A stretch of 26,802 bases of DNA from an uncultured Thermotogae bacterium. GTDB lineage: Bacteria > Bipolaricaulota > Bipolaricaulia > UBA7950 > UBA9294. The DNA is taken from positions 9,470 through 36,271 of the forward strand of contig CAZILO010000001.1 in assembly GCA_964540085.1 (NCBI GenBank), written 5' to 3'. Shown here in pieces: positions 8,641-16,942 of this stretch. The notes under the pieces were generated by a model. It saw nothing but the letters and a program-made list of their open reading frames with translations. It ran no database searches and had not been told where the DNA came from. The number at the start of each line of letters is the position of its first letter. Within the stretch, counting starts at the first letter, position 1. A program made the translations under genes and the position numbers.

Positions 8641-9636
8641 TCACAGAATCCGATCGAGCGCGAGAAAGATCATGCCCAAAAGCGCCATCGCGGTCATCGG
8701 CAGCCAGAACAGCCGCGCCACCTGATCGACCTTCAACCGGGCAAACCCGACTCGCACCACAATCACCGCGAAGAAGATAACCACGAATATCTTCACGAGG
8801 AAGAATAACGCGTCGATGAACGCCCCCAGTGCGCCGGTGAGTCCGAGCGGAGCGGCGATTCCATACGGGATGAACAGCGCGACGACAAGGGCGGACATCA
8901 CGATCATCTTAACCGCATCAGCGAGGTAGAACATTGCCAGGTTGCGCCCGGAATACTCGGCAAGGAGTCCACCGGCGATTTCGGTCTCCGCTTCCGGAAT
9001 ATCGAACGGGATCTTGGACAACTCGGCCGGCGTGACGACGAGGAGCGAGATCAGAAGAAGCACGAGCCCGATCACTCCGAGCGGTCCCACCATTCCCCAT
9101 AACGGATGTGCGGCGATGACCGCAAGGGAGAACGTGTGCGCTCCGGGCAGGATAGTCGCCAACCGCCACGCGATGCTCACCAACGTTATTGCTAACGGGA
9201 ACTCGTAGCTCATCAACATCACCATTTCACGCTGTGCCCCCACGGTGGCGTACGGCGACCCAGCGGCAAATCCGCCGATCATCATCGCCAGCGCGGGAAC
9301 GGCGAGCAGATACAGCACGAGGATTAGATCCCCGTATCCGGAGAACAGGGGCGCGAACCCACCGAGAGGAAGGTAGAACAGGATGGTCGCCACTGCCGCG
9401 AGGGATACCACCGGCATTCCGTTGAACAGCCACGTGACGGCGTGGTCAGGGACGATGTTCTCCTTGATCATCAGCTTGGTAACATCGTAAAACGGCTGAC
9501 GCAACGGCGGACCGATCCGCCCCTGCATGTGGGCGGCGAGCTTGCGGTCGAATCCCTTGTACACCAATCCGAGCAGCCCGCTTCCGAACAGAACAACGAT
9601 GCCACCCCAAACAGCGGTTGCGATTCCCACAGTCAT
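8641..9636 (-). CDS. mbhM: Membrane-bound hydrogenase membrane anchor subunit (NuoH-like)
   Basis: RKLAAHMQGRIGPP, PFDIPEAETEIAGG..AEYSG and multiple TM helices. Start ATG 9636 overlaps the mbhL stop. Confidence 0.9.
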   Translation of the reverse strand: MTVGIATAVWGGIVVLFGSGLLGLVYKGFDRKLAAHMQGRIGPPLRQPFYDVTKLMIKENIVPDHAVTWLFNGMPVVSLAAVATILFYLPLGGFAPLFSGYGDLILVLYLLAVPALAMMIGGFAAGSPYATVGAQREMVMLMSYEFPLAITLVSIAWRLATILPGAHTFSLAVIAAHPLWGMVGPLGVIGLVLLLISLLVVTPAELSKIPFDIPEAETEIAGGLLAEYSGRNLAMFYLADAVKMIVMSALVVALFIPYGIAAPLGLTGALGAFIDALFFLVKIFVVIFFAVIVVRVGFARLKVDQVARLFWLPMTAMALLGMIFLALDRIL

Positions 9637-10901
9637 CCGCACATCCTCCTTGTTTTTTCTCGCGACAGCTTAACAAGTTCTTCCTTCAGCTTAACCGCCT
9701 CGCCTCCGTCCTGATCGACGAGGGTAGCGCGGTCGAGGCAGCACATGCACGGGTCGATCGACGCCGCGATGATCGGGATGTCGGCAATCTCGTCCCCCAT
9801 GAACTTCGGCACCCACGCCATGAGGTTGGAATAGGTTGGCGCCTTCACCTTCCACGCCACCGGCTCTTCCACTCCTGCTTCCAACCGGATGTAGTGGAAC
9901 ACCTCGCCGCGCGGTGCCTCATGGCGGCCGATCCCCTCTCCGTCCGCCTTCTTCAGGACCGCAAGCAGGGCCGCTACCTTGGGGATCGACGTGAGCTCGC
10001 CTGCAGGCATGTGCTCCAGGCAGTGCTCGATGATCTTGATCGATTGATCGACCTCGAGGAGGCGGACGACGATGTTGTCGAACACGTCCCCCACTGCCGG
10101 CTTGCCGTAATCCTCCGGGGTGATCGCACTGATGTCCATGTCCGCGTACGCGAGGTACGGCATGTCCTGGCGCACGTCCTTTTTCACCCCCGATGCCCGC
10201 GCCGTCGGGCCGACAGCGCACAGGGCGACTGCATCGTCGTAGGTAAGCACCCCGACGTTGCTGGTTCGCATCGCGACCGACTTGTCGTGAAGAAACGCGT
10301 CGATCATGTCCTGCAGTAAATTCTTGTAATAACTGAGCGCCTCATAGGCAAGTCCGGCCTTCTCGTCCGGGATGTCGCGCCGCACCCCACCGTAGATCGG
10401 GATCGCGTAATCGACGCGGTTGCCGGTGAGCTGCTCCAAAAGGTCCATCACCTTCTCCCGCACCTTCCACACGAGGTGAAGCAGGGTGTCGAACCCGAGC
10501 TCGTGCGCCGCGACTCCGGCCCACAGCAAGTGGGAATGGATCCGCTCCAGCTCCCCGATGATCGTGCGGATGTACTGCGCCCGCGGCGGGACCTCGATGC
10601 CGGCGGCGTTCTCCACCGCCTGGGTGAGGGCGAGGGGGTGGGAGATCGAGCAGATTCCGCAGATCCGTTCTGCCAAATACAGAACCTGAATCAGGTTGCG
10701 CTTCATCCCCATGTATTCGATTCCGCGATGGGCATAGCCGGGCTTGATGTCCACCCCGACGATCCGTTCCCCGGACAGGCGGAACGTGAACTGGATCGGC
10801 TCCTTGAGCGCGGGATGCACCGGACCGATCGGGACCGAGTACGTCGTTTGGGTGGTGCACGTCGTACACCCGAGTTCGAGGTTGATCTTGTCGCTATCCA
10901 T
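9633..10901 (-). CDS. mbhL: [NiFe]-hydrogenase large (catalytic) subunit, group 4 / Mbh type
   Basis: Both Ni-binding motifs are intact (ERICGICS and DPCMCCLDR); also PIGPVHPALKEP, ELERIHSH, EAPRGE and a C-terminal extension after DR. Confidence 0.93.
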   Translation of the reverse strand: MDSDKINLELGCTTCTTQTTYSVPIGPVHPALKEPIQFTFRLSGERIVGVDIKPGYAHRGIEYMGMKRNLIQVLYLAERICGICSISHPLALTQAVENAAGIEVPPRAQYIRTIIGELERIHSHLLWAGVAAHELGFDTLLHLVWKVREKVMDLLEQLTGNRVDYAIPIYGGVRRDIPDEKAGLAYEALSYYKNLLQDMIDAFLHDKSVAMRTSNVGVLTYDDAVALCAVGPTARASGVKKDVRQDMPYLAYADMDISAITPEDYGKPAVGDVFDNIVVRLLEVDQSIKIIEHCLEHMPAGELTSIPKVAALLAVLKKADGEGIGRHEAPRGEVFHYIRLEAGVEEPVAWKVKAPTYSNLMAWVPKFMGDEIADIPIIAASIDPCMCCLDRATLVDQDGGEAVKLKEELVKLSREKTRRMCG

Positions 10902-11421
10902 TGCGTTCCTCCCACTTGACGAGGCGCTTCACGGACTTCTGCGTCTCCTCCTCCAGGTCCTTGCGCCACGGGTGGATCGTCGCGCCTTCGGGAAGAAATA
11001 GGTTGCGTCCGTCGGGGATCCCTTCGATCGTGATCCCGTAAAATTCCTGCTTTTCCCGTTCCGAGGTCAGGGCCCCGGGAAGGACGTCGGTAATCGTGGG
11101 AAGGCGAAAATCGTCCTTGGGCACGCGGGTGCGGATCGTGAACGTGATCTCGCCGTAGCGCTCACCCCATCCGGCGGTGAAGTGGTAGTTGAACGCCACC
11201 GCCTCGCCGAGGTCATCTCCGGAGATCACCGACAGATGCGGCGTGAACTGCTCGCACAGGTGCATGACCGCGGTATGCAGTTGGTCACGCGGAACCTCGA
11301 TCCACACGTCGTATACCGGGCGCGCTGCGATTGTGCCCACGTTGCGTTCAACCACGTGGGAGTCCGTGATCACGGCGCCAAATTTCTCGTTGAAGGCGGT
11401 CAGAATCTCATCCGGGGTCAT
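10894..11421 (-). CDS. mbhK: Membrane-bound hydrogenase subunit K (NuoC-like)
   Basis: HLSVISG.D, YHF, LPTITDVLPGA...EREKQEFYG; position in the operon. Confidence 0.88.
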   Translation of the reverse strand: MTPDEILTAFNEKFGAVITDSHVVERNVGTIAARPVYDVWIEVPRDQLHTAVMHLCEQFTPHLSVISGDDLGEAVAFNYHFTAGWGERYGEITFTIRTRVPKDDFRLPTITDVLPGALTSEREKQEFYGITIEGIPDGRNLFLPEGATIHPWRKDLEEETQKSVKRLVKWEERNG

Positions 11422-11849
11422 TTGCTCACCCCCGCTTGTTCCAAGTGGGCCACCGCTTTGACCACCCCATCAATGATCGCCTCGGGCCGCGGCGGGCATC
11501 CCGGCACGTATACCGCAACGGGCACGACCTCGTCCACCGGGCCCTGCACGTTGTACGACTCGTAGAACACCCCGCCGGTCGAGCCGCAGCCGCCCACAAC
11601 GACGACTGCCTTGGGATCGGGGGTCTGATCGTAGATCCGCTTGAGGCGGGACAGCATCGGACGGGTCACCGGTCCGGTAACAAGGAGAACGTCAGCATGG
11701 CGCGGCGTCCCGGTGAGCATGATCCCGAACCGCTCAGTGTCGTAGCGCGGGGTGAGGGCGGCGACGATCTCGATATCGCAGCCGTTGCACGACCCGGTCG
11801 CGACGTGAAATACCCATAACGCTTTCTTGAACGACCGTGGCAGCGCCAT
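11418..11849 (-). CDS. mbhJ: [NiFe]-hydrogenase small subunit (NuoB-like)
   Basis: GSCNGCDIEI, PRHADVLLVTG, GGCGSTGG, VPGCPPRPEAI. Confidence 0.93.
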   Translation of the reverse strand: MALPRSFKKALWVFHVATGSCNGCDIEIVAALTPRYDTERFGIMLTGTPRHADVLLVTGPVTRPMLSRLKRIYDQTPDPKAVVVVGGCGSTGGVFYESYNVQGPVDEVVPVAVYVPGCPPRPEAIIDGVVKAVAHLEQAGVSK

Positions 11850-11855
11850 CTCATC

Positions 11856-12194
11856 TCACCTCAGCAGCCCGATGACGATGAACACCACCGCGAGGACGCC
11901 GATGAACCATGCGAAGTAGTCGGACAAAATCCCAGTGTGCCACGCGCGGATGCGATCGTAATAAGCGCGCAACCCCGCGGTCATCCCCCAATACAGATGG
12001 TCACCGCGCACATGCAGTCGTGCCGGATCCGGTTCTTCGTTTCCCGCAAGGAACGGCTTTGTTTGATCGGAGTTTTTCTTGTAGTCCTTGCGACCAGCGT
12101 TCCAGATCCAGAACCCGATCCCGAGCGCTCCCAGAAACAGAAGCGTCCATACAACCGGACTCCATATGCCGAATCCCGTATTGATCGCGTTCAC
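11856..12194 (-). CDS. mbhI: Membrane-bound hydrogenase subunit I
   Basis: Two TM segments flanking QTKPFLAGNEE and HTGILSDYFAW; GTG start with GGAGG SD; synteny. Confidence 0.8.
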   Translation of the reverse strand: MNAINTGFGIWSPVVWTLLFLGALGIGFWIWNAGRKDYKKNSDQTKPFLAGNEEPDPARLHVRGDHLYWGMTAGLRAYYDRIRAWHTGILSDYFAWFIGVLAVVFIVIGLLR

Positions 12195-12195
12195 G

Positions 12196-13740
12196 TCAAC
12201 CTCCCATCACTGCGCCGATGTACGCGTCCCGGCCCATCCACAACGCTTTCGCCGCCGGCGTCACGATCGTGTGCACAAAGAACCCGGGGAATAGACCGAA
12301 CGCGATCACCACCACGGCCAGCGTGCCCATGGCGGCAAACATCCATCCCGACGGCCGTGCCGCTGGCGCGGCCAACCGCGGCCCGAGAAATGCGGCCTGG
12401 AACACCTTCACGAACACCGCAAGCAGGAGGATGCTCCCGAGGATGGCGATCACCGCCAAAATCGGGCTGTAGCGGAACGTGGACTCATAGATCATCAATT
12501 TGGATGCAAACCCGTTGAACGGTGGAATCCCAGCGAGCGCAAACGACCCGATCATGAAGAACACGGCAGTCCACGGCAGATCATGCCCCAGTCCGCCCAT
12601 TTGATTTAAGTTACGCGTGCCCGCGGCCCGGATCACAGCCCCGGCGGACAGGAACAACAGTCCGACGCAGGCAGCGTCGTTGATCATGTGGAATATTCCT
12701 CCCTGCATCGCCACCAATCCGAACGGCGGCTGCCCGGCGCTTGTCGCCAATCCGACCCCGACTCCGAGGAGCATGTACCCGATCTGGGACACGGCACCGT
12801 AGGCGATCAGTCGCTTGATGTCGCTCTGAATCAACGCCATCGTCACGCCGACGAATATCGTGAGGAGGGCGAGCGTAATCAAAATCCATCCCAGTGCGGT
12901 GACACTGATTGTCAGCCCGTACAGGGTGAACAACACCCGGAACAGGCCGTACAGGCTCGCTTGCGAGTTGGCGACCAACACCGCTGCGATCGGGGCCGGT
13001 GCCTCGCCGTACGCGTCTGGGGCCCACATGTGCATCGGAACCGCACCCGCCTTCATCGCTAACGCGGTGAGCAACAGCCCAAGGGCGACCTTATCGATCA
13101 TGCTACTGCCGATATGCGCCGCCAAATACGCGATGTTCAGCCCATCATACTCGCCGTACAGCAACCCGATCGCCAGGAGAACGAACAGCCCGGATATGGT
13201 GTACAGGGTCATCGTCTTAAACGCCGCCTCCTGCGATCTGCCTTGCCATACGCGGAACCCAATCAGCCCGCACGCAGCGATCGACGTGATCTCCAGGAAC
13301 ACGAAAAAGTTGAACATATCACCGGTTAATTCCATCCCGAAGATTCCTGCCCCCAGCAGAAGGAGTAACGCCTCGTACATATTGCCGCCGGAGCGCCGCC
13401 GCCAGTACGGAAAGCTATAGAAAATCGCGGTGACGAGGACAAGCGCTGTCAAAATCACCATGAACGCGCTCATTCCGTCCACTTCGAGAATGATCCTAAT
13501 CGGGAAGTGCATCCCCGACGGCAGTGTCGCCGTTCCCCCGAGCACGTAGGTAATCGGGGCGGCAGCGGTGAACACGTGCGCCGCCACCAACCCGGCGCAC
13601 GCTGTCGTCAGAAGCGCAATCAACCCGGTGAATATGCGGCGTAACGGCACGCTAATCCGTCCGATCAACGGGACGGCGAATGCGCCCACCAGTGGAATCG
13701 CGATCAACAGCACCGGAGCGTTGAAAATGAGTGCATTCAT
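12196..13740 (-). CDS. mbhH: Membrane-bound hydrogenase antiporter-like subunit H (MrpD/NuoN-like)
   Basis: GDMFNFFVFLEI, KAGAVPMHMWAPDAY, KRLIAYGAVSQIGY, LAGIPPFNGFASK. Confidence 0.9.
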   Translation of the reverse strand: MNALIFNAPVLLIAIPLVGAFAVPLIGRISVPLRRIFTGLIALLTTACAGLVAAHVFTAAAPITYVLGGTATLPSGMHFPIRIILEVDGMSAFMVILTALVLVTAIFYSFPYWRRRSGGNMYEALLLLLGAGIFGMELTGDMFNFFVFLEITSIAACGLIGFRVWQGRSQEAAFKTMTLYTISGLFVLLAIGLLYGEYDGLNIAYLAAHIGSSMIDKVALGLLLTALAMKAGAVPMHMWAPDAYGEAPAPIAAVLVANSQASLYGLFRVLFTLYGLTISVTALGWILITLALLTIFVGVTMALIQSDIKRLIAYGAVSQIGYMLLGVGVGLATSAGQPPFGLVAMQGGIFHMINDAACVGLLFLSAGAVIRAAGTRNLNQMGGLGHDLPWTAVFFMIGSFALAGIPPFNGFASKLMIYESTFRYSPILAVIAILGSILLLAVFVKVFQAAFLGPRLAAPAARPSGWMFAAMGTLAVVVIAFGLFPGFFVHTIVTPAAKALWMGRDAYIGAVMGG

Positions 13741-14084
13741 CCGCGAAGCTCCTTTATTTTGTTTACGTCCAGAGTTTTATAATGGCGATAAATAAAGATA
13801 GCAAATGACAGCAATAGCGCCGTCGTTGCTAATCCAATCACGATGCTTGTCAGTGTCAGCGCCTGTGGGGTGGGGAGCACCATTGGCTTTGCCTTGGGAG
13901 CGTACGTGTAGATTGGGGCGATCCCCCCCTGCCGATACCCCAGTGTGACTAAGAACAGATTTACCCCGGTTTCCACAAGGTCAATCCCGATCACGATCTT
14001 GATCAAGTTACGCTTGAACAACAAGACGTAAATCCCGAGGATTACAAGCAGGATCGCGACGATGTACGGGAAGTTTCCGATCAT
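13737..14084 (-). CDS. mbhG: Subunit G (MrpC-like)
   Basis: NLIKIVIG, GVNLFLV, PTPQALTLTSIVIG. Start ATG 14084 overlaps the upstream stop; the ORF-track N-terminal extension is spurious. Confidence 0.88.
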   Translation of the reverse strand: MIGNFPYIVAILLVILGIYVLLFKRNLIKIVIGIDLVETGVNLFLVTLGYRQGGIAPIYTYAPKAKPMVLPTPQALTLTSIVIGLATTALLLSFAIFIYRHYKTLDVNKIKELRG

Positions 14085-14554
14085 CGTTTTTCCTCCTCGC
14101 CACGCGCACCAACAAGCATTACCAACACCACGCTCGCTAGACCGGTCATAACTTTTAATCCCACCGCCCAGTTCATCCATGGAAGCGTGCCACCGGTGTT
14201 CAGGATTCCCGCGTTGGGACCGATCGGGGTGTGAGCACCAAAGATCGATCCCGAATTAGCAATGACATTGTAGAAGAACGACGTGCCGATCCCGATAAAC
14301 CCGAGGGCGATAAACGCCAGTGCGCCTAGTTCTTCCAAATTTTGGAGAACGTGTGCGTTTAGCTTTCCCTTGATCCCCGCCACCCCAAACGCCACCACGA
14401 GGAGGGCAAACGCGGTCGCTACCACTGATCCCCCTTGGAATCCACCGCCCGGAGTGAGGTGCCCATGCATGATCACGTAAAAACCAAAAATAACAGTAAG
14501 TCCGTACAGGAACCGCGTTATTGTGCGTACAATCACTGACATCTCGCCGTTCAT
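14081..14554 (-). CDS. mbhF: Subunit F (MrpB C-terminal-like)
   Basis: HGHLTPGGGFQGG motif. Confidence 0.88.
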   Translation of the reverse strand: MNGEMSVIVRTITRFLYGLTVIFGFYVIMHGHLTPGGGFQGGSVVATAFALLVVAFGVAGIKGKLNAHVLQNLEELGALAFIALGFIGIGTSFFYNVIANSGSIFGAHTPIGPNAGILNTGGTLPWMNWAVGLKVMTGLASVVLVMLVGARGEEEKR

Positions 14555-14826
14555 CGTTCATCCTCCCGCAGCTTGCGAAACAGGGCAACAACCCCTACCA
14601 CAGCGGAGAACAACACTGTCGCCTCGCCCAACGTGTCAAAGCCACGGTAATCGAACACAATTGATGTCACAACGTTGTTCGCCGACACCTGCGCCTGGGC
14701 GTGGTTGATGAAGTAATCATCCATCACCGGATTTACCGGTGCCCCGAATGGCCGTAACTGCGCAGCGGCCATCAGAAGAAACGCAGCGGCAAACAGAAAC
14801 ACGGAGAACGCGAGTGCCTTTTTCAT
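14551..14826 (-). CDS. mbhE: Subunit E (MrpB N-terminal-like)
   Basis: NVVTSIVFDYRGFDTLGEATVL motif. Confidence 0.88.
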   Translation of the reverse strand: MKKALAFSVFLFAAAFLLMAAAQLRPFGAPVNPVMDDYFINHAQAQVSANNVVTSIVFDYRGFDTLGEATVLFSAVVGVVALFRKLREDER

Positions 14827-15077
14827 TCTTTCTCCTTCCGGCTTGTGCGGCGCAGGGCAATCACGTAAATCGCGGTGGTGAGCGCCGCCCCGATTCCGGC
14901 TTCGGCAATGGCCACGTCCGGCGCCTGCAGGATGTAAAACTCAAGCGATACGAGCAAGCTCGCGCCAGCAAGGGCGATTACCGCCGCCAGTAGGTCCCGC
15001 AGCCACACCGCAAGGATCCCACCCGAGAGAATCATGACAAGAATAAACACCTGAATAATGGCTTGTAGAACGGTCAT
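14823..15077 (-). CDS. mbhD: Subunit D (DUF4040-like)
   Basis: RDLLAAVI, LQAPDVAIAEAGIGA motif. Confidence 0.88.
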   Translation of the reverse strand: MTVLQAIIQVFILVMILSGGILAVWLRDLLAAVIALAGASLLVSLEFYILQAPDVAIAEAGIGAALTTAIYVIALRRTSRKEKE

Positions 15078-15409
15078 TTCTTCTCCTCCAACTTATCCAC
15101 TACCGCATACTTCGGTTTTACCCCGCTCCGATACGTAGCCCGGGCGATAGCGTGAGCGCCAGTCGGGTTGGTGATGAGAAGCGCGATTAACGCGATGATC
15201 GCATGGATGGCCAACGTGTCGAATGCCGGACCACCGCGGGCAAACCCGTACGCGATCACCGCCGCGGTGGTAAAAATCGATCCGAACGTCGTCGCCTTGG
15301 TGGCACCGTGGAGGCGGGTGTACACGTCGGGAAACCGGAGCAGAGCAATCGAGCCAAGTCCGTTAAACGTAAGCCCGATGCCAAACAATACGTAGATGAG
15401 GATGTTCAT
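15074..15409 (-). CDS. mbhC: Subunit C (MrpG-like)
   Basis: LLRFPDVYTRLHGATKATT and TNPTGAHAIARA motifs. Confidence 0.88.
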   Translation of the reverse strand: MNILIYVLFGIGLTFNGLGSIALLRFPDVYTRLHGATKATTFGSIFTTAAVIAYGFARGGPAFDTLAIHAIIALIALLITNPTGAHAIARATYRSGVKPKYAVVDKLEEKK

Positions 15410-15672
15410 AGTCCGCCCTCCAGATAACGTGCCACATACAACGTGCCCACAAACGATAGCAACGCGTAGATGATTGCCACGTCGACGAAGATCACCTCGC
15501 CGTACGCCGCTGCTAATACGACCATCCCCGATACCACCAGGGTGTTAATCGTATCCAACGCGACAATGCGATCCCCGGTCGTCGGACCGAGTCCGAGCCG
15601 CACCATACTGACAATCATGAATAACAGAAAACACGCGGCAACGATGAAGAACGTGATCGGGTCAACGATCAT
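15406..15672 (-). CDS. mbhB: Subunit B (MrpF-like)
   Basis: GPTTGDRIVALDTINTL and DVAIIYALLSFVGT. Start ATG 15672 overlaps the mbhA stop. Confidence 0.88.
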   Translation of the reverse strand: MIVDPITFFIVAACFLLFMIVSMVRLGLGPTTGDRIVALDTINTLVVSGMVVLAAAYGEVIFVDVAIIYALLSFVGTLYVARYLEGGL

Positions 15673-16193
15673 TCCACGATCCTCCTTGCCCAGTCCGGGA
15701 ACGAACCGCACACCTCGGCGGGCGACGGTTCCGGATTCTTCACATTAATCCAATGCACATACAAATCGCCGTTTTCCTCATCAACGTCCACGGACAGCGT
15801 CCCCGGAGTGAGGGTGATCGAATTGGCAAGCAGGGTAATCCCGAGGTCAGTCTTCAATCCCGGGGAGATCTTGACGATGCCCGGCCGGATCTTTCCGGTT
15901 ATCATCCGATAGGCAACGTCAAAATTGGATTTGGCCATCGCAAAGAAAAACGGGCCGATTAGATATACCAAGAACTTGAGAAACCGCACCGGGTTAAAGA
16001 TGCGAAAGATGTTTGCCTCGCCCGCTCGTTCTTTGGCAAACGCAACGCGAAATGCCACCGCCCCAGCAATCAGAGATAGAACCGCTCCCGCGATCAATTC
16101 GCTGAGGCTCCACAGTCCGAACGGTCCACTAAACATAGTCAGAATGAGATAAAGGACATAAGCCACGAGCGTCGTTGCCAAGAATGCGAGCAT
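15669..16193 (-). CDS. mbhA: Subunit A (MrpE-like)
   Basis: IRPGIVKI, LANSITLTPGTLSVDV, LYVHWI; GGAGG SD. Confidence 0.88.
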   Translation of the reverse strand: MLAFLATTLVAYVLYLILTMFSGPFGLWSLSELIAGAVLSLIAGAVAFRVAFAKERAGEANIFRIFNPVRFLKFLVYLIGPFFFAMAKSNFDVAYRMITGKIRPGIVKISPGLKTDLGITLLANSITLTPGTLSVDVDEENGDLYVHWINVKNPEPSPAEVCGSFPDWARRIVE

Positions 16194-16249
16194 CCAGTCC
16201 CTCCAGTCTTGAGCTGTTCTTGTTTGCTATTATCCCTCGGACTCGCCGT

Positions 16250-16279
16250 ATGTTACAGTGGGCAAGCAGGGATTGTCAA
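16250..16279 (-). promoter_or_regulatory. Sigma70-type promoter of the mbh operon
   Basis: TTGACA (16279-16274), 18-nt spacer, TAACAT (16255-16250), about 55 nt upstream of mbhA. Confidence 0.65.
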
Positions 16280-16321
16280 GTAAATCCGATCCTGTTATTC
16301 AGGTATTCGGCAATGGAACGG

Positions 16322-16942
16322 TCAATCCTTTCTCCCCACGATGATCCCGATCGTTCCATTGAACAGGGAATATCGCGATTCGATCCGGGGAATGCGCGGA
16401 ACTACCGCGTCGATTCCGCCGGCGCGTACGAACGCACGAAAGTTGTGAAAATGATCGCGCCCCGCCATCCGTTCGATCGCGTGAATAAATCCCCATGTGA
16501 AGTTCCAGCGCCGCGGGCGCGAGTACTCAGCGACAATTACAATCCCGCCCGGTCGCACTACCCGCACGGCCTCAGCAACCATCCGTTCACGGTCAGGAGC
16601 GGGATGTTCGTGCAGACATAAACTGAGAATCACCGCCGAGAAACTGCTATCGGGAAACGGCAATGAAAAGCCGGAACCAAGGACATAGTGAATTTCGGGC
16701 GGTCCGAGGCGACGAGCAACGGAAATCATCTCCGGGGACAAGTCGATTCCCGTGGTAACAATCCCAGCGGCATGCAGACTGCGGCACTGGGCACCGGTAG
16801 CACAGGCGATGTCGATGGCATCAGCTATCCGATGTGCCGTGCACAGCGACGTTATCTCGCGGCGAAGTGCGCGCAGAAGCGGATCGATCATGCGCGCGTA
16901 TATACGCGCACTGCCGCTGCCGTAGGTGGATGCTGGGGTCAC
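16322..16942 (-). CDS. Class I SAM-dependent methyltransferase
   Basis: AIDIACATG motif I, GIDLSPEMI, LPFPDSSFSAV, EAVRVVRPGG. GTG start overlaps the upstream stop (GTGA). Confidence 0.85.
   Translation of the reverse strand: MTPASTYGSGSARIYARMIDPLLRALRREITSLCTAHRIADAIDIACATGAQCRSLHAAGIVTTGIDLSPEMISVARRLGPPEIHYVLGSGFSLPFPDSSFSAVILSLCLHEHPAPDRERMVAEAVRVVRPGGIVIVAEYSRPRRWNFTWGFIHAIERMAGRDHFHNFRAFVRAGGIDAVVPRIPRIESRYSLFNGTIGIIVGRKD

Noticed and set aside
9633-10901. Selenocysteine [NiFeSe] hydrogenase or Mbx/MBS sulfane reductase
   Set aside because: All four ligand positions are Cys codons with no in-frame TGA, and both CxxC motifs are present.
14085-14180. N-terminal extensions in the ORF track (mbhG, also mbhB, tyrS, dpaL and the pilin-like genes)
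   Set aside because: Downstream ATGs with SD sequences or stop/start overlaps fit better, and the extensions lie in neighbouring genes or UTRs.
16322-16942. Methyltransferase as a dedicated pilin-modifying enzyme
   Set aside because: Only the 4-bp gene overlap supports it; the sequence is a generic class I methyltransferase with a small-molecule-type appearance.
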